Below are positions 1-12,000 of a DNA stretch of 64,000 nt, one piece after another. The position numbers and the translations under genes were made by a program. The notes under the pieces were generated by a model. The model made no database searches, had not been told where the DNA came from, and saw only the letters and a program-made list of their open reading frames with translations. Origin of the DNA: Eledone cirrhosa (taxonomy: Eukaryota); assembly GCA_964016885.1 (NCBI GenBank), contig OZ024741.1, positions 258,788,001 to 258,852,000 of the forward strand. The letters run 5' to 3'. Every line of letters begins with the position of its first letter. Position 1 is the stretch's first letter.

Positions 1-3000
1 TGTAGTTGTTGCTGTTTTCTGTGTCAGTGCCAGTGTTGTTGTAGTTGTTGCTGTTTTCTCTGTCAGTGCCAGTGTTGTTGTAGTTGTTGCTGTTTTCTCT
101 GTCAGTGCCAGTGTTGTTGTAGTTGTTGCTGTTTTCTGTGTCAGTGCCAGTGTTGTTGTTGCTGTTTTCTCTGTCTGTGCCAGTGTTGTTGTAGTTGTTG
201 CTGTTTTCTGTGTCAGTGCCAGTGTTGTTGTAGTTGTTGCTGTTTTCTGTGTCAGTGCCAGTGTTGTTGTAGTTGTTGCTGTTTTCTCTGTCAGTGCCAT
301 TGTTGTTGTAGTTGTTGCTGTTTTCTCTGTCAGTGCCAGTGTTGTTGTAGTTGTTGCTGTTTTCTGTGTCACTGCCAGTGTTGTTGTTGTTGCTGTTTTC
401 TCTGTCAGTGCCAGTGTTGTTGTAGTTGTTGCTGTTTTCTCTGTCAGTGCCAGTGTTGTTGTAGTTGTTGCTGTTTTCTGTGTCAGTGCCAATGTTGTTG
501 CTGTTGTTGCTGTTTTCTGTGTCAGTGCCAGTGTTGTTGTTGCTGTTTTCTCTGTCAGTGCCAGTGTTTTTGTTGTTGCTGTTTTCTGTGTCAGTGCCAG
601 TGTTGTTCTAGTTGTTGCTGTTTTCTGTGCCAGTGCCAGTGTTGATGTAGTTGTTGCTGTTTTCTCTGTCAGTGCCAGTGTTGTTGTAGTTGTTGCTGTT
701 TTCTCTGTCAGTGCCAGTGTTGTTGTAGTTGTTGCTGTTTTCTGTGTCAGTGCCAGTGTTGTTGACGTTGCTGTTTTCTCTGTCAGTGCCAGTGTTGTTG
801 TAGTTATTGCTGTTTTCTGTGTCAGTGCCACTGTTGTTGTTGCTGTTTTCTGTGTCAGTGCCAGTGTTGTTGTTGTTGCTGTTTTCTCTGTCAGTGCCAG
901 TGTTGTTGTTGCTGTTTTCTCTGTCAGTGCCAGTGTTGTTGTTGTTGCTGTTTTCTGTGTCAGTGCCATTGTTATTGCTGTTGTTGCTGTTTTCTGTGTC
1001 AGTGCCAGTGTTGTTGTTGCTGTTTTCTCTGTCAGTGCCAGTGTTGTTGTAGTTGTTGCTGTTTTCTCTGTCAGTGCCAGTGTTGTTGTAGTTGTTGCTG
1101 TTTTCTGTGTCAGTGCCGGTGTTGTAGTTGTTGATATTTTCTGTGTCAGTGCCAGTGTTGTTGCTGTTGCTGTTTTCTCTGTCAGTGCCAGTGTTGTTGT
1201 AGTTGTTGCTGCTTTCTCTGTCAGTGCCAGTGTTGTTGTAGTTGTTTCTGTTTTCTGTGTCAGTGCCAGTGTTGTTGTTGTTGCTGTTTTCTCTGTCAGT
1301 GCCAGTGTTGTTGTAGTTGTTGCTGTTTTCTGTGTCTGTGCCACTGTTGTTGTTGCTGTTTTCTGTGTCTGTGCCAGTGTTGTTGTTGTTGCTGTTTTCT
1401 CTGTCAGTGCCAGTGTTGTTGTTGCTGTTTTCTCTGTCAGTGCCAGTGTTGTTGTTGTTGCTGTTTTCTGTGTCAGTGCCAGTGTTGTTGTAGTTGTTGC
1501 TGTTTTCTGTGTCAGTGCCAGTGTTGTTGTAGTTGTTGCTGTTTTCTGTGTCAGTGCCAGTGTTTTTGTAGTTGTTGCTGTTTTCTCTGTGAGTCCCAGT
1601 GTTGTTGTAGTTGTTGCTGTTTTCTCTGTCAGTGCCAGTGTTGTTGTAGTTGTTGCTGTTTTCTGTGTTAGTGCCAGTGTTGTTGTTGTTGCTGTTTTCT
1701 CTGTCAGTGCCAGTGTTTTTGTAGTTGTTGCTGTTTTCTCTGTCAGTGCCAGTTTTGTTGTAGTTGTTGCTGTTTTCTGTGTCAGTGCCAGTGTTGTTGT
1801 AGTTGTTGCTGTTTTCTTTGTCAGTGCCAGTGTTGTTGTTGTTGCTGTTTTCTCTGTCAGTGCCAGTGTTGTAGTTGTTGCTGTTTTCTCTGTCAGTGCC
1901 AGTGTTGTTGTTGCTGTTTTCTCTGTCAGTGCCAGTGTTGTTGTTGTTGCTATTTTCACTGTCAGTGCCAGTGTTGTTGTTGTTGCTATTTTCACTGTCA
2001 GTGCCATTGTTGTTGTTGTTACTGTTGCTGTTTTCTGTGTCAGTGCCAGTGTTGTTGTTGTTACTGTTGCTGTTTTCTGTGCCAGTGCCAGTGTTATTGT
2101 TGCTGTTGTTGCTGTTTTGTCTGTCAGTGCCAGTGTTGTAGTTGTTGCTGTTTTCTCTGTCAGTGCCAGTGTTGTTGTAGTTGTTGCTGTTTTCTGTGTC
2201 AGTGCCAGTGTTGTTGTTGTTGCTGTTTTCTGTGTCAGTGCCAGTGTTGTTGTAGTTGTTGCTGCTTTCTCTGTCAGTGCCAGTGTTGTTGCAGTTGTTT
2301 CTGTTTTCTGTGTCAGTGCCAGTGTTGTTGTTGTTGCTATTTTCACTGTCAGTGCCAGTGTTGTTGCTGTTGCTGTTTTCTCTGTCAGTGCCAGTGATGT
2401 TGTAGTTGTTGCTGTTTTCTGTGTTAGTGCCAGTGTTGTTGTAGTTGTTGCTGTTTTCTGTGTCAGTGCCAGTGTTGTTGTAGTTGTTGCTGTTTTCTCT
2501 GTCAGTGCCAGTGTTGTTGTAGTTGTTGCTGCTTTCTCTGTCAGTGCCAGCGTTGTTGCAGTTGTTTCTGTTTTCTGTGTCAGTGCCAGTGTTGTTGTTG
2601 TTGCTGTTTTCTCTGTCAGTGCCAGTGTTGTTGTAGTTGTTGCTGTTTTCTGTGTCAGTGCCAGTGTTGTTGTAGTTGTTGCTGTTTTCTCTTTCATTGC
2701 CAGTGTTGTTGTAGTTGTTGCTGTTTTCTCTGTCAGTGCCAGTGTTGTTGTAGTTGTTGCTGTTTTCTCTGTCAGTGCCAGTGTTGTTGTTGCTGTTTTC
2801 TCTGTCAGTGCCAGTGTTGTTGTACTTGTTGCTGTTTTCTGTGTCAGTGCCAGTGTTGTTGTAGTTGTTGCTGTTTTCTCTGTCAGTGCCAGTGTTGTTG
2901 TAGTTGTTGCTGTTTTCTGTGTCAGTGCCAGTGTTGTTGTTGTTGCTGTTTTCTCTGTCAGTGCCAGTGTTGTTGTAGTTGTTGCTGTTTTCGCTGTCAG

Positions 3001-6000
3001 TGCCAGTTTTGTTGTAGTTGTTGCTGTTTTCTGTGTCAGTGCCAGTGTTGTTGTAGTTGTTGCTGTTTTCTCTGTCAGTGCCAGTGTTGTTGTTGCTGTT
3101 TTCTCTGTCAGTGCCAGTGTTGTAGTTATTGATGTTTTCTCTGTCAGTGCCAGTGTTGTTGTTGTTGCTGTTTTCTCTGTCAGTGTTGTTGTTGTTGCTA
3201 TTTTCACTGTCAGTGCCAGTGTTGTTGTTGTTGCTGTTTTCTGTGTCAGTGCCAGTGTTGTTGTTGTTGTTGTTTTCTGTGTCAGTGCCAGTGTTGTTGT
3301 TGTTACTGTTGCTGTTTTCTGTGTCAGTGCCAGTCTTGTTGTTGTTACTGTTGCTGTTTTCTGTGCCAGAGCCAGTGTTATTGTTGCTGTTGTTGCTGTT
3401 TTCTGTGTCAGTGCCACTGTTGTTGTTGTTGTTGTTGCTGTTTTCTGTGTCAGTGCCAGTGTTGTTGTTGCTGTTGTTGCTGTTTTCTCTGTCACTGCCA
3501 GTGTTTTTGTTGTTGCTGTTTTCTCTGTCAGTGCCAGTGTTGTTGTAGTTGTTGCTGTTTTCTCTGTCAGTGCCAGTGTTGTTGTAATTGTTGCTGTTTT
3601 CTGTGTCAGTGCCAGTGTTGTTGCTGTTGTTGCTGTTTTCTGTGTCAGTGCCAGTGTTGTTGTTGTTGCTGTTTTCTGTGTCAGTGCCAGTGTTGTTGTT
3701 GCTATTTTCACTGTCAGTGCCAGTGTTGTTGTAGTTGTTGCTGTTTTCTGTGTCAGTGCCAGTGTTGTTGTTGTTGCTGTTTTCTCTGTCAGTGCCAGTG
3801 TTGTTGTAGCTGTTGCTGTTTTCTGTGTCAGTGCCAGTGTTGTTGTAGTTGTTGCTGTTTACTGTGTCAGTGCCAGTGTTGTTGTAGTTGTTGCTGTTTT
3901 CTCTGTCAGTGCCAGTGTTGTTGTAGTTGTTGCTGTTTTCTCTGTCAGTGCCAGTGTTGTTGTAGTTGTTGCTGTTTTCTATGTCAGTGCCAGTGTTGTT
4001 GTAGTTCTTGCTGTTTTCTCTGTCAGTGCCAGTGTTGTTGTTGTTGCTGTTTTCTCTGTCAGTGCCAGTGTTGTAGTTGTTGCTGTTTTCTCTGTCAGTG
4101 CCAGTGTTGTTGTAGTTGTTGCTGTTTTCTGTGTCAGTGCCAGTGTTGTTGTTGTTGCTGTTTTCTGTGTCAGTGCCAGTGTTGTTGTTGTTGCTATTTT
4201 CACTGTCAGTGCCAGTGTTGTTGCTGTTGCTGTTTTCTCTGTCAGTGCCAGTGATGTTGTAGTTGTTGCTGTTTTATGTGTTAGTGCCAGTGTTGTTGTA
4301 GTTGTTGCTGTTTTCTGTGTCAGTGCCAGTGTTGTTGTTGTTGTTGCTGTTTTCTCTGTCAGTGCCAGTGTTGTTGTAGTTGTTGCTGCTTTCTCTGTCA
4401 GTGCCAGTGTTGTTGCAGTTGTTGCTGTTTTCTGTGTCAGTGCCAGTGTTGTTGTTGTTGCTGTTTTCTCTGTCAGTGCCAGTGTTGTTGTTGCTGTTTT
4501 CTCTGTCAGTGCCAGTGTTGTTGTTGTTGCTGTTTTCTGTGTCAGTGCCAGTGTTGTTGTAGTTGTTGCTGTTTTCTCTGTCAGTGCCAGTGTTATTGTA
4601 GTTGTTGCTGTTTTCTGTGTCAGTGCCAGTGTTGTTGTTGCTGTTGTTGCTGTTTTCTGTGTCAGTGCCAGTGTTGTTACTGTTGCTGTTTTCTCTGTCA
4701 GTGCCAGTGTTGTTGTAGTTGTTGCTGTTTTCTCTGTCAGTGCCAGTGTTGTAGTTGTTGCTGTTTTCTGTGTCAGTGCCAGTGTTGTTGTAGTTGTTGC
4801 TGTTTTCTCTGTCAGTGCCAGTGTTATTGTAGTTGTTGCTGTTTTCTGTGTCAGTACCGGTGTTGTTGTTGTTGCTGTTTTCTCTGTCAGTGCCAGTGTT
4901 GTTGTTGTTGCTGTTTTCTCTGTCAGTGCCAGTGTTGTTGTTGTTGCTGTTTTCTGTGTCAGTGCCAGTGTTGTTGTTGTTGTTGCTGTTTTCTGTGTCA
5001 GTGCCAGTGTTGTTGTAGTTGTTGCTGTTTTCTGTGTCAGTGCCAGTGTTGTTTTAGTTGTTGCTGTTTTCTGTGTCAGTGCCAGTGTTGTTGTAGTTGT
5101 TGCTGTTTTCTCTGTCAGTGCCAGTGTTGTTGTAGTTGTTGCTGTTTTCTGTGTCAGTGCCAGTATTGTTGTAGTTGTTGCTGTTTTCTCTGTGAGTGCC
5201 AGTGTTGTTGTAGTTGTTGCTGTTTTCTCTGTCAGTGCCAGTGTTGTTGTAGTTGTTGCTGTTTTCTGTGTCAGTGCCAGTGTTGTTGTTGCTGTTTTCT
5301 CTGTCAGTGCCAGTGTTGTTGTAGTTGTTGCTGTTTTCTGTGTCAGTGCCAGTGTTGTTGTAGTTGTTGCTGTTTTCTCTGTCAGTGCCAGTGTTGTTGT
5401 AGTTGTTGCTGTTTTCTGTGTCAGTGCCAGTGTTGTTGTTGTTGCTGTTTTCTCTGTCAGTGCCAGTGTTGTTGTAGTTGTTGCTGCTTTCTCTGTCAGT
5501 GCCAGTGTTGTTGTAGTTGTTTCTGTTTTCTGTGTCAGTGCCAGTGTTGTTGTTGTTGCTGTTTTCTCTGTCAGTGCCAGTGTTGTTGTAGTTGTTGCTG
5601 TTTTCTGTGTCAGTGCCACTGTTGTTGTTGCTGTTTTCTGTGTCTGTGCCAGTGTTGTTGTTGTTGCTGTTTTCTCTGTCAGTGCCAGTGTTGTTGTTGC
5701 TGTTTTCTCTGTCAGTGCCAGTGTTGTTGTTGTTGCTGTTTTCTGTGTCAGTGCCAGTGTTGTTGTTGTTGCTGTTTTCTGTGTCAGTGCCAGTGTTGTT
5801 GTTGTTGTTGCTGTTTTCTCTGTCAGTGCCAGTGTTGTTGTAGTTGTTGCTGTTTTCTCTGTCAGTGCCAGTGTTGTTGTAGTTGTTGCTGTTTTCTCAG
5901 TCAGTGCCAGTGTTCTTGTTGTTGCTGTTTTCTCTGTCAGTGCCAGTGTTGTTGTAGTTGTTGCTGTTTTCTCTGTCAGTGCCAGTGTTGTTGTAATTGT

Positions 6001-9000
6001 TGCTGTTTTCTGTGTCAGTGCCAGTGTTGTTGCTGTTGTTGCTGTTTTCTGTGTCAGTGCCAGTGTTGTTGTTGTTGCTGTTTTCTGTGTCAGTGCCAGT
6101 GTTGTTGTTGCTATTTTCACTGTCAGTGCCAGTGTTGTTGTAGTTGTTGCTGTTTTCTGTGTCAGTGCCAGTGTTGTTGTTGTTGCTGTTTTCTCTGTCA
6201 GTGCCAGTGTTGTTGTAGCTGTTGCTGTTTTCTGTGTCAGTGCCAGTGTTGTTGTAGTTGTTGCTGTTTACTGTGTCAGTGCCAGTGTTGTTGTAGTTGT
6301 TGCTGTTTTCTCTGTCAGTGCCAGTGTTGTTGTAGTTGTTGCTGTTTTCTCTGTCAGTGCCAGTGTTGTTGTAGTTGTTGCTGTTTTCTGTGTCAGTGCC
6401 AGTGTTGTTGTAGTTGTTGCTGTTTTCTCTGTCAGTGCCAGTGTTGTTGTTGTTGCTGTTTTCTGTGTCAGTGCCAGTGTTGTTGTTGTTGCTATTTTCA
6501 CTGTCAGTGCCAGTGATGTTGTAGTTGTTGCTGTTTTCTGTGTTAGTGCCAGTGTTGTTGTAGTTGTTGCTGTTTTCTGTGTCAGTGCCAGTGTTGTTGT
6601 TGTTGTTGCTGTTTTCTCTGTCAGTGCCAGTGTTGTTGTAGTTGTTGCTGCTTTCTCTGTCAGTGCCAGTGTTGTTGTAGTTGTTGCTGTTTTCTGTATC
6701 AGTGCCAGTGTTGTTGTTGTTGCTGTTTTATCTGTCAGTGCCAGTGTTGTTGTAGTTGTTGCTGTTTTCTGTGTCAGTGCCACTGTTGTTGTTGCTGTTT
6801 TCTGTGTCAGTGCCAGTGTTGTTGATGTTGCTGTTTTCTCTGTCAGTGCCAGTGTTGTTGTTGCTGTTTTCTCTGTCAGTGCCAGTGTTGTTGTTGCTGT
6901 TTTCTGTGTCAGTGCCATTGTTATTGCTGTTGTTGCTGTTTTCTGTGTCAGTGCCAGTGTTGTTGTTGCTGTTGTTGCTGTTTTCTGTGTCAGTGCCAGT
7001 GTTGTTACTGTTGCTGTTTTCTCTGTCAGTGCCAGTGTTGTTGTAGTTGTTGCTGTTTTCTCTGTCAGTGCCAGTGTTGTAGTTGTTGCTGTTTTCTGTG
7101 TCAGTGCCAGTGTTGTTGTAGTTGTTGCTGTTTTCTCTGTCAGTGCCAGTGTTATTGTAGTTGTTGCTGTTTTCTGTGTCAGTACCGGTGTTGTTGTTGT
7201 TGCTGTTTTCTCTGTCAGTGCCAGTGTTGTTGTTGTAGCTGTTGCTGTTTTCTGTGTCAGTGCCAGTGTTGTTGTAGTTGTTGCTGTTTACTGTGTCAGT
7301 GCCAGTGTTGTTGTAGTTCTTGCTGTTTTCTCTGTCAGTGCCAGTGTTGTTGTAGTTGTTGCTGTTTTCTCTGTCAGTGCCAGTGTTGTTGTAGTTGTTG
7401 CTGTTTTCTGTGTCAGTGCCAGTGTTGTTGTAGTTGTTGCTGTTTTCTCTGTCAGTGTCAGTGTTGTTGTTGTTGTTGCTGTTTTCTCTGTCAGTGCCAG
7501 TGTTGTAGTTGTTGCTGTTTTCTCTGTCAGTGCCAGTGTTGTTGTAGTTGTTGCTGTTTTCTGTGTCAGTGGCAGTGTTGTTGTTGTTGCTGTTTTCTCT
7601 GTCAGTGCCAGTGTTGTTGTTGTTGCTATTTTCACTGTCAGTGCCAGTGTTGTTGTTGTTGCTATTTTCACTGTCAGTGCCAGTGTTGTTGTTGTTACTG
7701 TTGCTGTTTTCTGTGTCAGTGTCAGAGTTGTTGTTGTTACTGTTGCTGTTTTCTGTGCCAGTGTTATTGTTGCTGTTGTTGCTGTTTTGTCTGTCAGTGC
7801 CAGTGTTGTAGTTGTTGCTGTTTTCTCTGTCAGTGCCAGTGTTGTTGTAGTTGTTGCTGTTTTCTGTGTCAGTGCCAGTGTTGTTGTTGTTGCTGTTTTC
7901 TGTGTCAGTGCCAGTGTTGTTTTTGTTGCTGTTTTCTCTCTCAGTGCCAGTGATGTTGTAGTTGTTGCTGTTTTCTGTGTTAGTGCCAGTGTTGTTGTGG
8001 TTGTTGCTGCTTTCTGTGTCAGTGCCAGTGTTGTTGCTGTTGCTGTTTTCTCTGTCAGTGCCAGTGTTGTTGTAGTTGTTGCTGCTTTCTCTGTCAGTGC
8101 CAGTGTTGTTGTAGTTGTTTCTGTTTTCTGTGTCAGTGCCAGTGTTGTTGTTGTTGCTGTTTTCTCTGTCAGTGCCAGTGTTGTTGTAGTTGTTGCTGTT
8201 TTCTGTGTCAGTGCCAGTGTTGTTTTTGTTGCTATTTTCACTGTCAGTGCCAGTGTTGTTGCTGTTGCTGTTTTCTCTCTCAGTGCCAGTGATGTTGTAG
8301 TTGTTGCTGTTTTCTGTGTTAGTGCCAGTGTTGTTGTGGTTGTTGCTGCTTTCTGTGTCAGTGCCAGTGTTGTTGCTGTTGCTGTTTTCTCTGTCAGTGC
8401 CAGTGTTGTTGTAGTTGTTGCTGCTTTCTCTGTCAGTGCCACTGTTGTTGTTGCTGTTTTCTGTGTCTGTGCCAGTGTTGTTGTTGTTGCTGTTTTCTCT
8501 GTCAGTGCCAGTGTTGTTGTTGTTGCTGTTTTCTGTGTCAGTGCCAGTGTTGTTGTAGTTGTTGCTGTTTTCTGTGTCAGTGCCAGTGTTGTTGTAGTTG
8601 TTGCTGTTTTCTGTGTCAGTGCCAGTGTTGTTGTAATTGCTGTTTTCTGTGTCAGTGCCAGTGTTGTTGTTGTTGCTATTTTCACTGTCAGTGCCAGTGT
8701 TGTTGCTGTTGCTGTTTTCTCTGTCAGTGCCAGTGGTGTTGTAGTTGTTGCTGTTTTCTGTGTTAGTGCCAGTGTTGTTGTAGTTGTTGCTGTTTTCTGT
8801 GTCAGTGCCAGTGTTGTTGTTGTTGTTGCTGTTTTCTCTGTCAGTGCCAGTGTTGTTGTAGTTGTTGCTGCTTTCTCTGTCAGTGCCATTGTTATTGTAG
8901 TCGTTGCTGTTTTCTGTTCTCAGTGCCAGTGTTGTTGTTGTTGCTGTTTTCTCTGTCAGTGCCAGTGTTGTTGTAGTTGTTGCTGTTTTCTGTGTCAGTG

Positions 9001-12000
9001 CCACTGTTGTTGTTGCTGTTTTCTGTGTCAGTGCCAGTGTTGTTGTTGTTGCTGTTTTCTCTGTCAGTGCCAGTGTTGTTGTTGCTGTTTTCTCTGTCAG
9101 TGCCAGTGTTGTTGTTGTTGCTGTTTTCTGCGTCAGTGCCATTGTTATTGCTGTTGTTGCTGTTTTCTGTGTCAGTGCCAGTGTTGTTGTTGCTGTTGTT
9201 GCTGTTTTCTGTGTCAGTGCCAGTGTTGTTGCTGTTGCTGTTTTCTCTGTCAGTGCCAGTGTTGTTGTAGTTGTTGCTGTTTTCTGTGTCAGTGCCAGTG
9301 TTGTTGTTGTTGCTGTTTTCTGTGTCAGTGCCAGTGTTGTTTTTGTTGCTGTTTTCTCTCTCAGTGCCAGTGATGTTGTAGTTGTTGCTGTTTTCTGTGT
9401 TAGTGCCAGTGTTGTTGTGGTTGTTGCTGCTTTCTGTGTCAGTGCCAGTGTTGTTGCTGTTGCTGTTTTCTCTGTCAGTGCCAGTGTTGTTGTAGTTGTT
9501 GCTGCTTTCTCTGTCAGTGCCAGTGTTGTTGTAGTTGTTTCTGTTTTCTGTGTCAGTGCCAGTGTTGTTGTTGTTGCTGTTTTCTCTGTCAGTGCCAGTG
9601 TTGTTGTAGTTGTTGCTGTTTTCTGTGTCAGTGCCAGTGTTGTTTTTGTTGCTATTTTCACTGTCAGTGCCAGTGTTGTTGCTGTTGCTGTTTTCTCTCT
9701 CAGTGCCAGTGATGTTGTAGTTGTTGCTGTTTTCTGTGTTAGTGCCAGTGTTGTTGTGGTTGTTGCTGCTTTCTGTGTCAGTGCCAGTGTTGTTGCTGTT
9801 GCTGTTTTCTCTGTCAGTGCCAGTGTTGTTGTAGTTGTTGCTGCTTTCTCTGTCAGTGCCACTGTTGTTGTTGCTGTTTTCTGTGTCTGTGCCAGTGTTG
9901 TTGTTGTTGCTGTTTTCTCTGTCAGTGCCAGTGTTGTTGTTGTTGCTGTTTTCTGTGTCAGTGCCAGTGTTGTTGTAGTTGTTGCTGTTTTCTGTGTCAG
10001 TGCCAGTGTTGTTGTAGTTGTTGCTGTTTTCTGTGTCAGTGCCAGTGTTGTTGTAATTGCTGTTTTCTGTGTCAGTGCCAGTGTTGTTGTTGTTGCTATT
10101 TTCACTGTCAGTGCCAGTGTTGTTGCTGTTGCTGTTTTCTCTGTCAGTGCCAGTGGTGTTGTAGTTGTTGCTGTTTTCTGTGTTAGTGCCAGTGTTGTTG
10201 TAGTTGTTGCTGTTTTCTGTGTCAGTGCCAGTGTTGTTGTTGTTGTTGCTGTTTTCTCTGTCAGTGCCAGTGTTGTTGTAGTTGTTGCTGCTTTCTCTGT
10301 CAGTGCCATTGTTGTTGTAGTCGTTGCTGTTTTCTGTGTCAGTGCCAGTGTTGTTGTTGTTGCTGTTTTCTCTGTCAGTGCCAGTGTTGTTGTAGTTGTT
10401 GCTGTTTTCTGTGTCAGTGCCACTGTTGTTGTTGCTGTTTTCTGTGTCAGTGCCAGTGTTGTTGTTGTTGCTGTTTTCTCTGTCAGTGCCAGTGTTGTTG
10501 TTGCTGTTTTCTCTGTCAGTGCCAGTGTTGTTGTTGTTGCTGTTTTCTGCGTCAGTGCCATTGTTATTGCTGTTGTTGCTGTTTTCTGTGTCAGTGCCAG
10601 TGTTGTTGTTGCTGTTGTTGCTGTTTTCGGTGTCAGTGCCAGTGTTGTTGCTGTTGCTGTTTTCTCTGTCAGTGCCAGTGTTGTAGTTGTTGCTGTTTTC
10701 TCTGTCAGTGCCAGTGTTGTAGTTGTTGCTGTTTTCTGTGTCAGTGCCAGTGTTGTTGTTGTTGCTGTTTTCTCTGTCAGTGCCAGTGTTGTTGTAGTTG
10801 TTGCTGTTTTCTCTGTCAGTGCCAGTGTAGTTGTAGTTGTTGCTGTTTTCTGTGTCAGTACCGGTGTTGTTGTTGTTGCTGTTTTCTCTGTCAGTGCCAG
10901 TGTTGTTGTTGTTGCTGTTTTCTCTGTCAGTGCCAGTGTTGTTGTTGTTGCTGTTTTCTGTGTCAGTGCCAGTGTTGTTGTAGTTGTTGCTGTTTTCTGT
11001 GTCAGTGCCAGTGTTGTTTTAGTCGTTGCTGTTTTCTGTGTCAGTGCCAGTGTTGTTGTAGTTGTTGCTGTTTTCTCTGTCACTGCCAGTGTTGTTGTAG
11101 TTGTTGCTGTTTTATGTGTCAGTGCCAGTGTTGTTGTAGTTGTTGCTGTTTTCTCTGTGAGTGCCAGTGTTGTAGTTGTTGCTGTTTTCTCTGTTAGTGC
11201 CAGTGTTGTTGTAGTTGTTGATGTTTTCTGTGTCAGTGCCAGTGTTGTTGTTGTTGTTTTCTCTGTCAGTGCCAGTGTTGTTGTAGTTGTTGCTGTTTTC
11301 TGTGTCAGTGCCAGTGTTGTTGTAGTTGTTGCTGTTTTCTCTGTCAGTGCCAGTGTTGTTGTAGTTGTTGCTGTTTTCTGTGTCAGTGCCAGTGTTGTTG
11401 TTGTTGCTGTTTTCTCTGTCAGTGCCAGTGTTGTTGTAGTTGTTGCTGTTTTCTCTGTCAGTGCCAGTTTTGTTGTAGTTGTTGCTGTTTTCTGTGTCCG
11501 TGCCAGTGTTGTTGTAGTTGTTGCTGTTTTCTCTGTCAGTGCCAGTGTTGTTGTTGTTGTTGCTGCTTTCTCTGTCAGTGTTGTTGTTGTTGCTGTTTTC
11601 TGTGTCAGTGCCAGTGTTGTTGTTGCTGTTGTTGCTGTTTTCCGTGCCAGTGTTGTTGTAGTTGTTGCGGTTTTCTGTGTCAGTGCCAGTGTTGTTGTAG
11701 TTGTTGCTGTTTTCTGTGTCAGTGCCAGTGTTGTTGTAGTTGTTGCTGTTTTCTGTGTCAGTGCCAGTGTTGTTGTAGTTGTTGCTGTTTTCTCTGTCAG
11801 TGCCAGTGTTGTTGTAGTTGTTGCTGTTTTCTCTGTCAGTGCCAGTGTTGTTGTAGTTGTTGCTGTTTTCTGTGTCAGTGCCAGTGTTGTTGTTGTTGTT
11901 GCTGTTTTCTCTGTCAGTGCCAGTGTTGTTGTAGTTGTTGCTGCTTTCTCTGTCAGTGCCAGTGTTGTTGTAGTTGTTGCTGTTTTCTGTATCAGTGCCA

